From NCBI RefSeq assembly GCF_009914755.1, contig NC_060948.1: a DNA stretch of 64,000 nucleotides; one strand, written 5' to 3'. Every line of letters starts with the position of its first letter. Positions within the stretch are counted from its first letter, which is position 1. This document shows positions 58,901-64,000 of this stretch, piece after piece. Made by a program: the position numbers and the translations under genes. The notes below the pieces were generated by a model. It searched no databases, had not been told where the DNA came from, and worked only from the letters and a program-made list of their open reading frames with translations. Origin of the DNA: the human T2T-CHM13v2.0 reference genome, Homo sapiens.

Positions 58901-59692
58901 ATATAAATATGCTGAGTTTTAATGCTTCAAATCAGCCGCACACTGCTATGTCGGTTAAAATGATTTTAAGAATGTGAGTTCAATGCATATATTTGTATAG
59001 GGAATATCTGAGTAATGACAATGGTAATCTCAGAGTCATTTGATTTTTGGTAATTTTAAAGTTTCTTACTTGTATTTCTATTTTTCTATAAAAAATAATT
59101 TTTTTCAAAAATAAAGGGGGTAATTAACGATTAAATTACTGCACTTGAGTTAATTTTTTATAAAAATGTTGATCATGTTTCTTATTTAAAATGATATTTG
59201 AAAATAGTTCACAAATTTAAAAATCATGAAAACATTGATTGTAACAGAATAATTATATAGCAGGTGATATATTTGGGAAAATATTTAGAATGATAACTTT
59301 ATTTAAATGAACTAATTTTATACATAACCAAAGGTCACACAAGAGTAACAAGATGTTACTGAACTTCATGCTAAGCCTAAATAGTTTACATAATTGGAAA
59401 ATAATTAAGTGTGATATACAGAGGCCATGAGGTATGATTTCATATATTATATTCAGCTCCTATATTGTAGGTCTTTGTTTACAACCATATTTATGTTTAC
59501 ATTTATGACTTTCACATTAAAATTGTATTTATAAATTTAAATACATTCTTCAGATAATAGGAATGTTTCACTCAATTTGAGTTTTAAACCCACCGCAAGC
59601 TTACTGAGAAGATCTTTACAGACCACTAGAATGTCACTATGGATCTTGATAAACAGATAACTGACAAGTTGCTAACTTTTTCTTCATTTTAG

Positions 59693-59725
59693 GCATGGCC
59701 TTTGCATAATGCAGGAGTAGCAACA
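59693..59725 (+). pseudogene. candidate 33-nt exon D (AWPLHNAGVAT)
   Basis: GCTAAC branch plus tttttcttcattttAG acceptor; ACA|GTAAAT donor; open, phase 0-0. Confidence 0.35.
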
Positions 59726-60000
59726 GTAAATACAACTCAGTGAATATTGTATTTGTTTAGATTACTTAGCTAAATATATACACTTATATTTTTATTATGT
59801 ATATTATATATATTGTACATATATTTTCATAGTTTATGCCGAGATATATTTCCCTTTTCTCCTGGTTACTGGTGGCCTTAGATACACTAAGTAGAAGAAA
59901 GCTGATCAAACTCTATAGAACAAAATGAAGGTCTCCAGGGGTTTACTCAAGTAAAATCTAAATTAAGAATGATGCAGGGTATTGTACTACTTCTTTATAG

Positions 60001-60266
60001 ATACATGCAACCTAAAATAGTCATTTCAAAACTCATGACTTAGGTGGTAATTTTGATTTCATTGATGGTATATTAGATTCAGCAAGTTATGTGTCTAATT
60101 TAGAGGGTTAGATTTTTGGTTCAAGAGGTGAAGTATCAGATTTATGCAGGAGACTTAATTCAGCAGATGATATACCTTACTCAGTGCATGATGAATCTGA
60201 TATAGAAGGTGATATATTTAATTCAATAGCTAATATATCAGAATCAAATGTGATTCATTTTTTCCA
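60001..60266 (+). pseudogene. candidate decayed coding exon E
   Basis: cttctttatAG acceptor, CA|GTGAGT donor; 88 codons with 2 stops; by my count G at codon position 1 in 30/88 and G/C at position 3 in 13/88. Confidence 0.55.
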
Positions 60267-60444
60267 GTGAGTAATTAATATTACTCATAACTGATTTATC
60301 TATTTTAGCATGAAGTGTGTTCTGTAAGTTATTTATTTAGGTATACAAGATATAAATTATATTACTAATATAGATTTTCATTGCAAAGTAGTTCAGAAAT
60401 TCCTGATTACCACCTTCTTGTTACTCCATTTCATACATTTTTAA

Positions 60445-60672
60445 ATGATGTTTTCAGAGACTACCTACTTCAGAAGAATCAGAAATGCTTATTAAACTTG
60501 TAGCTTCTTTAAATCCACCACAGACCTAATAAGGAACAGGGCTAACTGAATATTTAACAAGGGCCCATGGTAATTTTTTTTTCTTCTTACCCTCTCCCTT
60601 CCATTTTAAAGATTCATGGTAATTTTTATGCACAGTGGAATTGTATGCTTTATGAAATTTGAAAACTCTGAC
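60445..60672. mobile_element. MER5-like hAT MITE
   Basis: acctacttcagaa...tgcttattaaa...ccacagaccta...tttaacaag...ttatgcaca...tttgaaaactctg. Confidence 0.5.
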
Positions 60673-61094
60673 ATGTTAGAAATAGGATGCATCAAATACA
60701 GAAAAATATGATGTTCTTCTGAACACAAAAAGCAAATTTATGATACATCTTAAACTTGATGTTTCCTTTGTTGTAATTATCACAACACTTCATCTTTTGT
60801 AAATATTGCCTCTAATACAAGATGTAAAAATTGATTAGTGTCTGCCCTTAAGTAATAAAGTAAACTTGTCACCTCTCCCTGTGGCCTGAACAAAATATTG
60901 GATATACTCACAGTTTGACAAGCAAAGCTTGCATTTCAGAGCATAGAAGAAAATAGTCACTTTTTTTAACATGGATAGTTGTGGTTTCAGACAACCCTAT
61001 GTGTACATTTATGGTAATCATGAGTGTTCTTCACTATTTCATACTTTTTTACTTCCAGGGTTGTGTTAGAAATACATTTTCTCAAATATTTTTA

Positions 61095-61910
61095 AGTTAT
61101 GTAGAGCCATGTGACTTGGCTTGGGCAATGAACTATGAGCAGAACTGATGTATATCAGTGATAGGTAGAAGCTTTAACAGCCAGTATGTGTATGTTTCCC
61201 ATCCTTTCCCCTTCCTAATGAAGGTATTTATTTGGATTATTTTGTCTCTTTGAACACTGTATAATGTATATGTGTGGGAGGTAGATCATTTTTCTTTATA
61301 TTCCATAGGTCTTCAGATAAGGAGGAGTCATATCTGGATCTGATATCGGGAATCCTGTGCCTGACTCAGAGATCTTGGATTTTGAGCTCCACACAGTCAC
61401 CAGATGAGATTTCTGTGTTGCTCTCCCTGGGCAAGAAGTGATAATATTCTGTGTGAATAAAGGGAGTGAACTGAATTTTCTGTGACCAAAAGGGCAGACT
61501 GTGGTAGTCATTATTGTTATTCACCATTTACCTTTGGCTCTCCTCATTAGGTTCAGTCACACAATGAGATTGTACTTCCCCAACCCCGCAAAGTTCATCA
61601 TGGCCACTAGACTGGCTGTAACCAATGAAATGTGAGGAGACATGCTGCATTTTATCTCTTAGTGAAATCTTTGGGAGGTAGTGTGTTTTTCCATGTTCTC
61701 TTTACCTTCATCTCAATTGCTTGCAGCATCCTGAATGGTAGCTCCTCTTTTAAGCCTTGGTCTCAGGGTAGACAAAATGTAACACAGCTCCTAGCCAACC
61801 TGTGAAACACATGTACTATGAGGAAGAAATAAACCTTTATTGCTTTAAGTAAATGAGGTCTTAAGATTGCTTGGTATTGGAACAAAAATCAGTCATTCCT
61901 GATCAGCACA
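61095..61910 (+). mobile_element. MLT1 LTR fragment, MaLR internal 3' end and MLT1I/J-like LTR (61500-61910)
   Basis: PPT-like aaaagggcagac before TGTGGTAG; accaatgaaatgtgag; aagaaataaacctttattgctttaag. Confidence 0.65.
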
Positions 61911-62449
61911 CAGCATAAAAAAAAATCTTCTAAAAATGTTGCATAATGGTTTAATGTTTTGCTACAGATATATTTATACATAGCCCACTTTTGATCAGTT
62001 GAGTGACCTCATGATAAATATATTTGGGCATTTAATTCAATTTCTCTCTATACTGCCCATTTATTAGGTATATCACTTATTAGCATTTTCATGAAAGTTG
62101 GGAAGAAGAAATGGTGTTTGAATTAGTTACTTTCTCTATATGTTGGCAGCTTCTCTAAAATGTCTTCAGGGAAAGATTTTAAATTTTGGCTGTAGTAAAA
62201 ATATAAAAGGTCTAGAAATTTCTATTACCCATGCTATTTCTTAGAAAAACAGAAGTTTACAATTAGGTTTTTTTGTGTTCTTATTAGGGAGATGTTGCTA
62301 GCCCTGGGACTGTAGTCGTATCTCCACTTTATTTACTATTATAACCTAATGAGATGTTAGCATCGTTATAAATTATTCTTTATAGTTAATTGTATGAGAT
62401 TATATTAATTTCCATCAGCTACTGTTCCACTTAATAGAGGATATGCAGC

Positions 62450-62812
62450 TACGGGTAGCAAAAGTTACCTAAATAAAGGGCCAGGAAAGTATAGCCATAG
62501 GATAAATCTGGCCTTCTACTTATTTTTCTGCAGTGTTCAATCTAAGAATGATTGTTAAATCTTTAAGTGGTTGAAGAAAAAGCTCTTAAAGAATTTTTTG
62601 ACACATTAAAATTAGATGAAATTCAAATTTTATGTCAATAAATTAATTTTATTAGAACATATCCATGCCCATTCATTTATATATTGTATCTGGTTACTTT
62701 CACACTACAATGACAGAGATGAATAATAGTTTGCAACACAGACAGGGTGGTCTATAAAACTTAAAACAGTTACTATCATCCCCTTTACAGAAAATGTTTG
62801 CCAACTCCTGCT
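62450..62812. mobile_element. MER58B-like hAT MITE
   Basis: atgaaattcaaattt...ccatgcccattcattta...ccctttacagaaaatgtttgccaactcctg. Confidence 0.8.
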
Positions 62813-63399
62813 CTAAATGATGAATGTTTTCACTGTTCGTAATCAAATAAACTGAATATTTTGTGATGACATTTTATTTTTAAAGCTAGAAATTGATTGC
62901 TGATACCTGTTTTTTGTAATAATTGGGATTTAAAATTAATCTCGTATCACCATTTAATTTTGATTCCTTAAATATAACAAACAATCAGCAACAGTGGATT
63001 TTAGAGGAATCATAATAAAATTGTCTTTGATATTACTGTATTTCCAGCACAATGTTTTAATATTAAGAAGGAAATCCTCAGAGAGCCTAGAAGTCTTTAA
63101 TTTTGCTTGTGCAAATATTTGAAATTTATGTTTTCTTTTGCCTATTTTGAAATTATAATTGAATTAAATTATCTTGTACAACTCAATGTGAATATATTGC
63201 AATAATAGCATTTTTATTTTTTTAAAAGATTGAACATATTGTGTAAGGCCTTGATTTGCCTACATGCAAGAAAAAAAGTTAGTAGTAATATATTTGAAGT
63301 TAAGAACAGCAAAAATAGATAATTCTAATGCTAAATAGCCTCTATTCTGTTTGAAAATTGGTTTAAATTTCTTACTTGAAAAGTATGTGGAAAAAGCAA

Positions 63400-64000
63400 A
63401 TGATTTAATTATTGTATATGGCATAAGACAAGGGTTCACTTTTATCTTTTTGCATGTGGATATCAAGATTTTCCAACAGCATTTATTGAAGAAAATTTCC
63501 CTTCCTCACGTGTATCCTTGACACCTTTGTGAAAGATTAGTTAAACATGCCTTTTTGGATTTAATTCTGGGCTCTCTATTCTGTTCCATTGGTCTATGTG
63601 TCTGTGTTTATACCTGTACCATACTCCTTGATTACTTTGTAATATAGTTTGAAAAAATGAAGTGTGATGCCTCCATCTGTGTTTTTCCTTCTCGAATTTG
63701 CTTTGGCTATTCAGGTTCTGTTGTGGTTCCATACAAGATTTAAAATTGTTTTTCTACTTCTGCAAAAAATAGACATTGAACTTTTGATAAGGATTGTATT
63801 GAATCTGTAGATCACTTTAAGTAGTATAGACTTTTCAACAATATTAATTCTTCTAATTCATGAATGCAGACTATCTTTCCATTTATTCATGCCTTCTTCC
63901 ATTTCTTTTATCAATGCTTTATAGTTTTCAATGTACAGATCTTTCACCTCTTTAGCGATGCTGTTATAAATGGGATTTTTTTTTGGTTTTTAATTTCAGA
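63400..64000 (-). mobile_element. L1M/L1MA ORF2 fragment (runs off window)
   Basis: [12 protein letters not shown] in ORF track. Confidence 0.85.

Noticed and set aside
60309-60323. Micro-exon tttAG|catgaagtgtgttct|GTAAGT
   Set aside because: Only 42 nt from the upstream donor, too short for a normal intron.
60459-60530. Next exon after E (ttttcAG|agactacc...)
   Set aside because: Sequence is better explained as MER5-like, and no donor follows.

Overview
AT-rich primate (human-like, from AluY/L1PA/THE1/MER9 content) genomic DNA dominated by layered transposable elements: one full-length TSD-flanked L1PB (9729-17916), a near full-length 3'-truncated L1PA15/16-like element on the minus strand (46170-51732), many older L1M fragments, about ten Alus including one young Ya-lineage copy, MaLR/ERV solo LTRs (THE1D, MST, MLT1/2, MER9, MER74, LTR47) and DNA-transposon MITEs (MER53, MER47, MADE1, MER58). 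I see no intact protein-coding gene, RNA gene or prokaryote-type system; nearly all ORF-track entries are L1, Alu or LTR fragments. The most interesting signal outside the repeats is a set of splice-site-bounded, phase-compatible segments on the + strand. The best is 60001-60266, which has strong codon periodicity and only two stops; 58328-58592 and 59693-59725 fit with it, and 4410-4660, 5302-5484 and ~20554-20749 are weaker. They may be exons of a decayed, unrecognised gene (unitary pseudogene or lncRNA). Several small mechanistic scars are also visible: templated insertions, target-site deletions, L1 chimeras and a duplication-created telomere-like G4. Subfamily names come from recalled consensus sequences, not from a search.
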